Shown here: piece after piece, positions 1 to 10,509 of the stretch
How the letters are laid out: each line of letters begins with the position of its first letter
Numbering within the stretch: the first letter of the stretch is position 1
Assembly (NCBI RefSeq): GCF_000143415.4
Contig: NW_003314443.1
Location: 62,001 to 126,000 of the forward strand
Direction of reading: 5' to 3'
DNA length: 64,000 nt
Source of the DNA: Selaginella moellendorffii
Lineage: Eukaryota; Plantae; Lycopodiophyta
The notes under the pieces: model-generated
Databases searched by the model: none
Seen by the model: only the letters and a program-made list of their open reading frames with translations
Told to the model about the DNA's origin: nothing
Program-made: the position numbers and the translations under genes

Positions 1-17
1 TGAGATAACATTTAAAC

Positions 18-2818
18 TTAAAGTGCGTACTCACCAGGTTCGTAGAGAAGATACTGTTTTTCTTTGGCAATTGTAATTATATGCTCCATTGAAGTCACCT
101 CTTCAATGGAGTTTGTCACCGCAACACACGGGACACCCTTGAGTAGTGCGGCTCGAAAGAATAGTCTGCCGCAGTTGTACTCGACAACGCATTTGCCCTT
201 GGAGTCACCCGCTATTGCGTTGAAGACCCAGCTGAGCATTTCCCATGCTGCACCTGGAGCTTTCTTTGGATTCGAAAGCTCCATAGCTGTCTTCAGTTCC
301 TCAGGCACGGGTAAATTGACCTCCCTCAGATCAATTCGATCGGCTTTGTTGAACGAAGCTGGGAAGTCACTCCAGTCCCACTCTGCTGCAGGACCAATAA
401 CAAGGGCGACTGTGAAGATGCGGACATTCGTCGGTATCTTCTTCTTAGCCATTATCCCATGGATCTCCTGCATCTCCTTGCCTTTCAACCGAGCCTTCAC
501 CTCGTTCAAGGCCTTCCAGAACTTGTGATAGGATTCGGAGTCGTAGATCATATAGTGGACTGAAGATTCCACCTCCGCAAGTCCCACCATTAAGTCAATG
601 ATGGAGCTGACTTCGTCTGCATGAGTGATCTCCTCGTTTGTGAAGTCCATCACACAAAAGATGTTCTTCACCTGCTCATCTCCGTGGGAAACGATGCTCC
701 TCCACCTTTGATCCTCATCCGAATTCACGTATACCCGGTAAGGTTCTCGATAGGCCTTTGCTGCGGGGTCGAGCTGTTTCTGAAGCCGGCGGTCGACATC
801 CCTCTTAATGAAATTTGGATACTGATCCAACTTCTCAGCTTTACTTTTCGTGGCATCCCGCAGCAGATCGATGAACTTGGGGGCCCCCTTCACGTACTCG
901 TCGATGTCTTCATTTGACAAGTCCAGCTCTTCCATCATCTCTTGCGTGGTGTCGATGCTCACCCTCGCCACGGCCACTTGCTCGAAGATCCAATCCTTCA
1001 ATAGCGCACGAGCTCTCAGAGTCGTGCACAAGTCCTCGTATGTCACAATATGGCCGGGAGTCATTTTGGTCTTGTTGAAGACTACCTCACCACGTAGAAG
1101 AGCATTAGCCACTGTCAGAAGGTCGTCGTCATCTAGAGACCGCGAGAAACGCAAGGCGTTGAGCTTCAAATCATTGGGCTTCCGGCTGTCCTCCACACCC
1201 ATTGAGTTTAGCAACTCCCCGTCATGGTACCTCCTCAGCACATCTACCCATTTGTCAAAAACAACTTTTGTCGCGAGTAGAATGTTATGGATGCTGAGTG
1301 TGTCATTGACCCCCAGTGTTTTCGAGAGAAGACTCGAGAATTCCTGCAATGGAAATGGCGTGAGGCCACATGCTATGCCACATGCAACGAGGCTTACCTG
1401 CCAGGCGCTAGTTGCTAGTGCACGTCCTTGTCCTGGTTTTTGTGGCTTCTTCAGTTGAACCCAGAGCTTCCGTGTTCGTGCCAATGTCTCGTGCAGACCC
1501 GATTTGTAGCACGTTTCTTGCTTGACATTCTGCGCGTGGGAGATGTATATGATAGATCGGAGGGGCGAGTTGCCTTTTATCAGGCGGACAACTCTTGTCT
1601 TGAAGACTTTCTTCACCTCCTCGCCCACCATAATATCCACAACTATCTGTTGCATCGCCAAGCTAGAATGCTGCCCGGAGAAGGCATAGAACCAGATGTT
1701 CTGATCGTCCAACACCTTCCTATTGATCAAGTCTGGAAACCTTGTCTCGCCCTTCATTGTTCGGTAGTAGGGGATCACGTCTGCGATGTCGGGTGTTACT
1801 GGACTTGCCAGCATCTTCTGCTTCAGTTTCTCCACCCACTCATCAGATACTAGCCTGTGGTTGTATTTGCTTTGGATCTCGATACTGCTCACGTCGATTG
1901 TATATACTTTGTTGGAATAGTAACAAGTACTATTATCTGCGACGATTTTTGCTGCCTCTTCTTGCTCTTTCTGCTCTTTGCAGCTCTTCTTTTTGGTGGG
2001 TGTAGTGTTCGAACCCGAGGCAATGGCATCACCGAGTAGCTTCTTTTTTGGAGCAGTAGAGTCGGACGTCGGCTTGAGCTTGACCACCCTTTTCTGCTTC
2101 GGGGTAGTTTCCAGATCGACCCCCTTCCCCTTCGCTTCGCAAACTGGAGGCACTCTCAACGGCTCAATGTTGGAATATAGTTTTTGAACATCGCCGTAGG
2201 TGAGGTCCGTGGATTCCATGTGATCTTCATAGACCCGCAGCGTCTTTGAAATTGTGGGCCTCCTGGACAACCTCTCCCTAGCTCCCTCTAGGAATTCCTC
2301 ATAGCCGCTGCCCCCCTCCGGGAAGCCGCTAGGATGTGCAAGATGGATCTTGAAGGCGGACGCTGTCTCTACCACAAGTGCCAGTCCATATTCTTGCATG
2401 GAACTGCATGGAGTGTCTGTCACTTGGATGAGGATCCCCATGCATTCTTTTCTCCCACCATCTGTGTTGTACAGCATCAGATCCTCGCCTTCCATCCCGA
2501 AAGTCCAACTGGTGAGCTCCTCCCCCTTCTCTGCATCCACATTGACAGTGGCTGGAAGAAGAACGCAATTCCTCGCCTGTTCAGAAATGCACAACAATTA
2601 GAGCTGACAGATGAAAAGCTAGCAGCTGGAAATAACGTGAGGCCACACGCCATTCACCACTGCATCAGATGTCTTGAGGCTGCATCCTAAGATGGCGTGA
2701 GGCTACACGCCATCTGTAACCGGACTGCACTCGAGAGCCCAATCGGTGCATGCCAATGTTGCTACTGAATGGCATGTGGCCTCATGCCATTTTCTACTTC
2801 GTCTAAAAGACTTACCAT
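18..2818 (-). CDS. ParB/Srx-like domain fused to a degenerate beta-class (N4C/N6A) DNA methyltransferase fold; transposon-associated; spliced, 3' end probably outside the window
   Basis: 859-aa ORF 18..2597. Proposed model: ATG 2818-2816, intron 2815-2577 (GTAAGT...GAACAG), exon 2576-1398, in-frame 54-nt intron 1397-1344 (GTAAGC...TTGCAG), exon 1343-35, donor GTGAGT at 34. ParB-like: YTIDVSSIEI..YNHRLVSDEWVEKLKQKM...FYAFSGQHSSLAM. MTase-like C-terminus: IFCVMDFT, NPKKAP..WEMLSWVF, SKGKCVVEYNCGRLFFRAALLKGVPCVAV. Confidence 0.6.
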
Positions 2819-3519
2819 TTGAAGCCGAATGGAGGCCGTGACAATCGAGGCCGGACTCGCTGGCGAATGTGCACTGTGTGTGCAGCGGATCGTAGCAGCA
2901 AGGCTACTCTGCCACTTACAGTTGGAGAGTGGCGCTGAAATCTCCCGGGACGCCAAGTGGGCTGCGTGTGGGTGGTGGAGTGGGCGGCGGAGTTGGCGGC
3001 GAAGTTACAAACTGGGTGTGTCTTGAAGTGGATGCCGATGCACACGAGCGCGATGCAAGCGCGAGTGTGATGCAAGCGCGAGTGGATGCCGATGCACACG
3101 AGAAACCTGTAGAGAAGTGAGCGTGATCGCAAGTGGGAGCACGATGAGAGCGGGAGCGCGAGTGTGATGCGAGCGCGAGCGCGAGTGTGCGAGCGCGAGT
3201 ACAAATCAAAATGCAAAACCTAACCTCACACGCGCGAAATGTCACAACGGTTGGTAATCCTGCCACGTCATCATTCCTCGGACTTGGGCGCCACCATTAA
3301 TTTCTGGATTGCCGCGCGCATGCAAGCACGCAAAATCCAAAAGAAATCCACAACGTCATCATTCCTCGGACTGCATGCACGCGAAATCCAAAAGAAAGAT
3401 CATGATTGGGATATCATTTAATACCCTCGCTATATTTATACCATGCATGATTGGATATTCCAAAGCATCTTGTATTTCCAAAAATGGCAGATGTTCAGCT
3501 AAATAAAGAAATTCTATCT

Positions 3520-4915
3520 GTTTCTATTTTTCTCTCAAATCAATATTATAGCGTGTGGGCTCATGCAATTTTGAACCAAAGAAACCCAAAAAACGTTGGA
3601 CCCAAAATATTTTGAAAAAACCCAAAAAACCCTAAACATTTTAAACCCAAAAATCCAGGCGTCCTGTGGCGTTATTCCTTGAATGGCGTGTGGGCGCATG
3701 CCATTTTCAGGGCCAAATGCTGAATGGAGAAAAATTCCCTTTCAGTGCAAATGCTGCAAGAGGCAGATGCCGAGCACAAAGGACTGTAACTACCTCACAT
3801 GACACAGATAAACTTTTCTCTATTTGGCAAAGATAAACTTTATAGCGTGTGGGCTCATGCAAGTTTGAACCCAAAAAATGCACCAAAAAATTCTCGGCGT
3901 CATCTGGCGTTATCTCTTGAATGGCGTGGGGCCGCATGCCATTTTCAGGGGCACATAGGAGTATATTCCTAGGATATTCTGACACGCGCGAGATTTTTTT
4001 GAGTTTTCTTGAGATCCAACCGTTAGATCGCAACTAGATTTTACAGAATGGTATACAATGTCTTTCTTGATGACCCTGCAAAGAAGCATCTCGATCGGAC
4101 ACCACATGAGACCACACGAGCCTTACAATGTTTCAGGGGCATTTGCCATAGATCCGACCGTTATTTTGCTCCAAGATTTTACAATTTGGTGTGCATTGAC
4201 CTTTCCATCGAAACTGCAAAGGGACATCACAATCAGATGTGGGATCACAAGAAACTAACTTCACTAACTCTGGTTTCACCAAGATCTACGTAAGGAGTTA
4301 TGAAATGAAAGGACCCTCTCTATTGAAATGTGTTTATGGTCCTAGGGGCATTGTGACATATCAAAGGATTTTGCATCAAGTTCTGTATTTGCATGTTTAT
4401 CAAGCTACTGAATTGCTAAACCCTAAACCCTAAACCCTAAACCCTAAACATGTGGCAAATGCTGCGTGAAGAAAGATGCCCTTTTTTGGGCAAATGCTGT
4501 AAGAGGCAGATGCCGAGCAGATGTATCTCAGGCTAGCGAAGGGGACAAACGAAAGCTAGCTATAAACATGACGGGATGCAAATAGATTACTAAGCTGGTC
4601 CTACGAAAATCAAAAACCATAATTGAAAACATTGAAAATGCAAAAAGAAAGGTTTATAATATTTTTGAATTTTAGGCAACCAAAGGAATGTAAGTAGGGC
4701 ATGTGTTTGTAAGTTTAAAAATGCCTCAACCACTTAAATTCCCAAGTAAATAAAGCTGTTTCTATTTTTGGTACAGGTAAACTTTATAGCGTGTGGGCTC
4801 ATGCAATTTTGAACCCAAAAATGCACCAAAAAATGCTCGACTAGCATTATTCTTTGAATGGCGTGTGGCCTTATGTCGAGCATTATTCTTTGAATGGCGT
4901 GTGGCCTTATATTGC
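3520..4915 (+). repeat. Three diverged direct-repeat modules (~3520-3715, ~3810-3950, ~4755-4915), each with paired palindromes
   Basis: Shared TATAGCGTGTGGGCTCATGCAA(T/G)TTTGAACC...AAAA...TGAATGGCGTG layout. Confidence 0.8.
4416..4449 (-). repeat. Short interstitial plant telomeric tract (TTTAGGG)n
   Basis: CTAAA(CCCTAAA)x4 C on the + strand. Confidence 0.9.
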
Positions 4916-5344
4916 CATAAATGGACGTACACACACAGCATAATTATTCCTTTACACGGCGAATAATCTTGGCGCGGATCGCTGACATGGCATGGCAAAG
5001 TTCGAATCACTGACATGGCACAGCTGGATCGAGGCAAGGACATGATGTGACAAAGTTCAACCTCCGACAGCAAAGTCTAGAAGCTACTCAGTTTGAAATT
5101 TGTCAGAGGAATCATAAGATCTGGTTTGTCAGAGGATTTGATGTGACGTTCAAGCGTGTGTTATTTTTGAATTCTCGAACTCATTCCTAGGTCTATCATT
5201 TTTGTGCGCCGTGTTTTTGGTTCCGCTGAGCGCAGTGAGCGCTGCTTGTGTAAGCGGCGTTGTGGGCTGTGGTTTATGCGTCTACGAGCGGTTGCGGCAT
5301 TGCGAGCGCCATTGGGAGCGGCAATTTATGCGAGTGGCAGTTTG

Positions 5345-5445
5345 TGTGAGCGGCGCTACGAGCAGTTGCGGTGTTGCGAGCGGCGTTACGAGTAGTTGCG
5401 GTGTTGCGAGCGGCGCTACGAGTAGTTGCGGTGTTGCGAGCGGCA
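5345..5445 (+). repeat. 30-bp tandem repeat, ~3.3 copies
   Basis: GCGAGCGGCG(C/T)TACGAG(C/T)AGTTGCGGTGTT units upstream of the transposase. Confidence 0.85.
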
Positions 5446-5810
5446 CTGTCTTTGGTGTGGCTACCGCTTCCTCTTGATATTCGGCACTTGTGCTTCCTGG
5501 TATGTTCACCATGGAATGGCTTAGGACCACATTTAGAAATGGCATGAGGCCACATGCCATCTTGGGCCCTTGCAATTTCATGGCTAGCGTATTGACATGT
5601 ATGTTTTTACTTGCCTGCAGCTGTGTGTATATCAAGATGGCATGAGGCCTCATGCCAATTTTGTGAATGCGAAATTTCACGTGGGTGTCAATAGCATGTT
5701 TGAATAATGGCATGTGGCCTCATGCTATTGAGGTTGTTTGGTATGTTATGATTTAGGCCATTCTCCAATCATTTTTTGTATGGTCTTAACTTCTTTTCTG
5801 CACTTTCAGA

Positions 5811-8800
5811 ATGGCCTTCAGGGTTGGGGAAAAGGTTTACATTTTGAATGGTGGGAAGAGAGTTGCAAAAGGGACCCTTGTGTCTATGGATCGGAACTTT
5901 GTTATACACTGTCAAAGGCTTGGGGAAGGCAATGCTGCTGTATCAGTAGAGACTGTCTTCGATAGGAATGTGGTCGCTATTGAACGAGGAGAGATGGTCG
6001 TCGGGGTAAATGTTGTTGTTGCCTTGAAAAATCTTCAAAAGAAAGCAGATGTTGGGGACAGCGCAAGTGCGACGCATGTTCCCTCCATGGATCTTAAGAA
6101 CCGTGCTACATGGATTTAGGCAAAAGTGTTTCTAAACAACCCCGAGGGGGAGGTGGTAGCTGAGGGCTTAGCCACAGTTGTCGATCCAAGAGATGCGGTT
6201 GCTAATCAAGAATTGGGCTGGGATGATATTGGAGTTGCGATTTTAGAGGTTGTTGACACAGAAGAAAACAGTCTGACTATTGGAAGCATTGTGCGGTGGA
6301 AATTGAGGCACTTAGTGTTTGAGAATGTGAAGGATTCACAATCAAACACCACTACAACTGATGACAGAACATCTCTTCATGGGAAAAGAAAGTACACCTT
6401 CCTAAAGCGCAGCCAAAGGGATCTGAGCAACGAACCGAAAAGGCAGAAAATGGCGATGGAGGTTCGAATGGTCTCGACAGTTGCTTGTTGCAAGAGGAGG
6501 TGCTGTCAACATGCTGATTGGGATGCTATTGAAGAGGAGAGAGCAAGATACAAGACATTGTCCTGGAAGGCAGCTCGCAATTTTGTGTATGAGGCATTAC
6601 GGTCATCTGTTGATGCTTCAGAACATCAGGTGGGGGGCATGGTCTTCCAGAGGGGTTTGGTCTGCATGAAGGCATGGAGAATCATTTATGGAGTCCCTCG
6701 AACCACATTCTACAGAATCAAAACTGAGTTCGAGGAACAAAGGGTTCAACAGGCAGTCCATAGGAACGACGGTACGCACAAAACCAGGGGTCATGTTGTA
6801 TATGGAGAGGCAATCTTCAAGAGGTTTGTCGAGACATGTAGCGAGCAGCAACCACATAAAACCCGCCTCTTGGAAGATGGAACACGAGACACCCAACGAG
6901 TTCTCCCTTCCATGTATACCAAGGGGGCCATATTGGAAGATGTGAATCGGGAACTCCAGAGTAATGGCTACAGGAAGCTGAGCCAATCTAGATTTAGTAG
7001 ATTGTGGACCAACAGGTTCAGGGATGTGAGTATAGGAAAGTACTCCAGCTTTTCAAAGTGTGACGAGTGCACTGCTATCAAAATGGCTTTGTCGAAGAAT
7101 TCTTGCAGCGCTCAAGAGCGAGAGACATTGGTTAGAAGGCGGCTCGACCACAACATCGAGCAGAGAAGCTGCAGGACTGCATATTATCATAACAGGATTC
7201 TCTCCATGGAGAGACCTGACTCTTACCTCTGCATCATCCACGACAAAATGGACCAGAAAAAGACGTGCTTACCTCGACTCAATCCTGCCCCCAAGGCAAT
7301 CTCTTCATCCATGCAGCTGCCTGTGTCTCTGTTTGGCATAATCGCTCATGGGCATGGTGCCCAGAACTATGGGAACTTCTTTGTACCTCTATGGGGTGGC
7401 GGGGGTGCAAACATGATGATTGCGTCCCTAGCAAAACACTTAAGGTCTCTGCAAAGTGCGCAAACTGAGCTGAACGGCCAACCCTTGCATAAGGCCCTTG
7501 TCGATCGAACCCCATACAGGGTTCAGCTGGAGGAGGAGCAAAGGCTTGCAGTATCGCATGGGGCCCCATGCCATCCCAGTGAATATGTTGGCCGTCAGAT
7601 TGTAGGGTTATCACGTGAGGCCTCATGCCATTCCGACGAGGCTGGTCGCCCGGTGAATGCACAGCCTCATCCAAACGAAGCAGAATCTCAAGGAAGTTCT
7701 TGCGGCCGATGTGGCCTTCCACCCCATCTTCTGCTCCAAACAAACAATGCTGGCAGTGAGAACAAAAACATGTACGTCTTCGCGTACTTGGCGATGCTTG
7801 TTGCCAAAGGCATATTTGAAACGGTTACACTTGGCTTTCTCATGGTTGGGCACACTCATGAAGACGTCGATGCCATGTTCAGTCACCTGGCAGAGTCCCT
7901 CCGGCGATCCAATGTCCTCACCCTCCCACAACTCTACGATGAATTCCAAAATTGCATCAAAGGCACTGTTGAAGCTGCACTTCTGACAGAGGTTCCAGAC
8001 TTTAAGGGGTTTGTAAGAGGCTACATCAGGGACGGATCCGAAACGCTGATTGGCCACTCCAAGCCTCTTCAGTTTCATTTCAGCATGTGTGACGGTGCTC
8101 CAGTGATGAGGTACAAGATGAGAGAATGGGACACAGTGTGGCTGCCAGTGGACGGCATTGAACTCTTCAAGAGAGATCCCATAACTGGGGAACCTATGAT
8201 TCCTCAGGGTTCCCCACTGCCGATGCACCCGGATGGACTCAAAGACCAGGAAAGTATAGTGGCCGGGATTAGACAGCATATTGCCTTCTGGAAGAGGGGG
8301 TTGGTGTTTGGTGGAGAATCCTATTTTCAGAGGTGCAAGCCTTTGCTCGAATACTGGGAGAAGATTATATCTGCTATCCAAAATGGGCCGGTTGTATATG
8401 AAGAATTGGAAGAGTCCTTTTGGCCAGAACCCAGAGCACCAGATAGTAGCGGAACAATGTCCTCTGGAAATGCAGTGACAGATAACGATGTTGAGGATCA
8501 CTATTGTGGGCCGAGGAACAAGAAGCCGGATTCAGCATTCAATCCAGTACAGGTCTGCAAAGGAATGGTCGTGCTTGTCAGACCCAGTAATAAAAAACAA
8601 ATGATATAGGTGGGGCGCTGCATCACTGATGCAAAGGAGGACGCGGAAACTAACTCCTTCAATGTAACTGTAGAGTGGTTCAAGCCAAGTTCCGGATATA
8701 CGAACGATTGCCTAGAAAAGAGATGGGTGCTGAATCCAAGGGATCCCAGCATGAGCATATCGGTGGATAATGTTGTGCATGGTTGGATGCGGAAGCAGAG

Positions 8801-8952
8801 TGCCACCATCACCTTGCCAGACCATGCAAGAGATGCAGCAAGAGCATTCATAACCCGGGTTCAAGGTGAGATTCATTAATATTCCTTTACTAAGTTTCTA
8901 ATGTATTTTATTTCAAGGTGAACAATCCGAATCTGAATCAGAGGAGGCGTGA
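5811..8952 (+). pseudogene. DDD/E transposase (Sola1-like motif set; family uncertain) with two N-terminal Tnp1/En/Spm-type beta domains; inactivated
   Basis: ORFs 5811-6119, 6126-8609 and 8610-8879 share one frame, split by single TAG codons at 6117 and 8607. Motifs: CCKRRCC, VCMKAWRIIYGV, FSKCDEC, IIHDKMDQKKT, LQTNNAGSENKN (expected LQxDN), FLMVGHTHEDVDAMFS. Probable final intron 8866-8917, stop at 8950-8952. Confidence 0.8.
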
Positions 8953-9590
8953 TGGCATGTGGCCTTACGCCATTCCTAGGTGAGATGATACAAATAACAA
9001 GTATAAATTCTTAGTTGTTCTAGCAAATCTTACTTAAAGTTCAAGGTGAACAAGCCGAATATGAATTCATCGGATTGTTATAACAAATTGCGAGGTGATG
9101 GCATGAGGCGATACGCCATTTGAGAGTGGTAGCCATTCCTATATGAGGTGAGTGAAGTATTTATTAGAAATACCTCATTCAATTGTGCACTTCTAAGTCT
9201 TGGTCCACTTAGTACTGTTTGCATGTTTTTATTTTAATTCTTTCTCTAAAATGTTATTTAGCATGTGGCTTCATGCCATTGCTCTCCACAATCATGCATT
9301 GAATTTCTATCCTTGCATAATACTTCTCCATATATATAGCATGTGCGCACATGTGATATGGTTCATTAGGCCTAATATAGTGTGTGAGGTAAAACAAAGA
9401 TGATGTGACATATGCATTTACCAATCACACGTGCATAAATCTAATAATATGGCATGTGGCCCATATTAATGGCACATAAACCCATATTGTGGGCTTACGT
9501 GCTTTATGTACCATCATTCCCTTGCAGCGTGTGTGTTGGTTTCCTTTTATAACACAACGAACTCCATATTTTAGGGTGAAGAGCGTTCTC

Positions 9591-9848
9591 ATGGCAAGCA
9601 CAAAATCTGTAAGTGAGGCAGAAAAGGAGACGAAGAAGGAGATAGGTGAAGATGTAGAATATATAAGTCTTCCAAACTCCCCGTACTATACTCCAGGTGA
9701 TCATTTTTCTGAACAAACGGCAACATTAACAACTATCGAGAACGCCCCAGTAACGTCAGAGACAACAATCCAAAGCAAAACAACTGACCCGGAGAAGGAT
9801 GATAGTACCGCTGAGAGTACCAAAAAGGAGGTGTCCACTAGCGCTTAG
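9591..9848 (+). CDS. Small acidic Ser/Thr-rich ORF inside the putative transposon, function unknown
   Basis: ATG 9591 (MASTKSVSEAEKE...), 85 aa, preceded by a TTTTAG acceptor-like site and followed by a palindrome copy at 9856. Confidence 0.3.
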   Translation: MASTKSVSEAEKETKKEIGEDVEYISLPNSPYYTPGDHFSEQTATLTTIENAPVTSETTIQSKTTDPEKDDSTAESTKKEVSTSA

Positions 9849-10509
9849 GCTTATAATGGCGTGTGCCCTCATGCCATTTACTTGATCACCAAATACCTTT
9901 TTCCCTTTGCACTAGTATATCTTAATACCGGTCTGAGAAATAGAATGGCATGTGCCCTCAGGCCTTTTACTAAATCACCTTTGAAAGAAATGCAAGCCTC
10001 TATGTCATAAAAAAAAGGTACTAGAGAAATTCCTTAATAATATGAATGTTATTTAGTTTCATGAAAATACACTAAGGGTCAAATGAGTTAAATGACTTCT
10101 CCAGACTAGCAATGCCTCTTGCTACACCTTCACAATTAGATTCGTTAGAAAAAGATAACATTGAATAATATCTAAATGTTCTCACCATTAAGTTATATGT
10201 CTGGCTAATAGGAATGATGTTCATCTTGGAAAGCTCACCACACGCTCAATGAACAAACAAATAGTGTGTGCGCGCATGCCATCGCTCTTCTTTAGCTTCA
10301 GATTCGGCTTGTTCACCTTGACAATGAGATTTATTATACAACTAGATGGACTCAGTCTGGACATAAGGTCACCGCGCTAGTCACCATGCCCCAGATATGT
10401 CTAGCCCCTGGACAAAAAACATATAATTTCACGTCATTTTCAAATACTTGAAAATTTGTACCTAGTCCCATTTTACTGAATAAATCCCACTTTAACGAAA
10501 TAGAGCATA

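Larger units (their letters stand above)
1355..10282. repeat. Dispersed 22-bp palindrome family, consensus ATGGCRTGNGGCCNCAYGCCAT, ~24 copies
   Basis: Copies start at ~1355, 2632, 2692, 2769, 3548, 3683, 3842, 3921, 4786, 4858, 4894, 5539, 5637, 5707, 7553, 7610, 8952, 9098, 9258, 9336, 9449, 9856, 9945, 10261. Confidence 0.92.
1..10478. mobile_element. Putative two-gene DNA transposon (DDD/E transposase + ParB-MTase-like gene); left end outside the window, right end uncertain
   Basis: Head-to-head transposase and ParB-MTase-like genes. A 22-bp palindrome family is confined to 1355-10282. Gypsy LTR sequence begins at ~10510. Confidence 0.6.

Noticed and set aside
4416-4449. True chromosome end
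   Set aside because: Only ~34 bp and internal, with ordinary sequence on both sides.
7623-8501. 292-aa antisense ORF and other shadow ORFs over the two transposon genes
   Set aside because: Opposite-strand shadows of real coding frames with no recognisable motifs.
1355-10282. Palindromic repeats as a CRISPR array
   Set aside because: Spacing is irregular (36 bp to >1.8 kb), there are no uniform spacers and no cas genes, and the context is eukaryotic.
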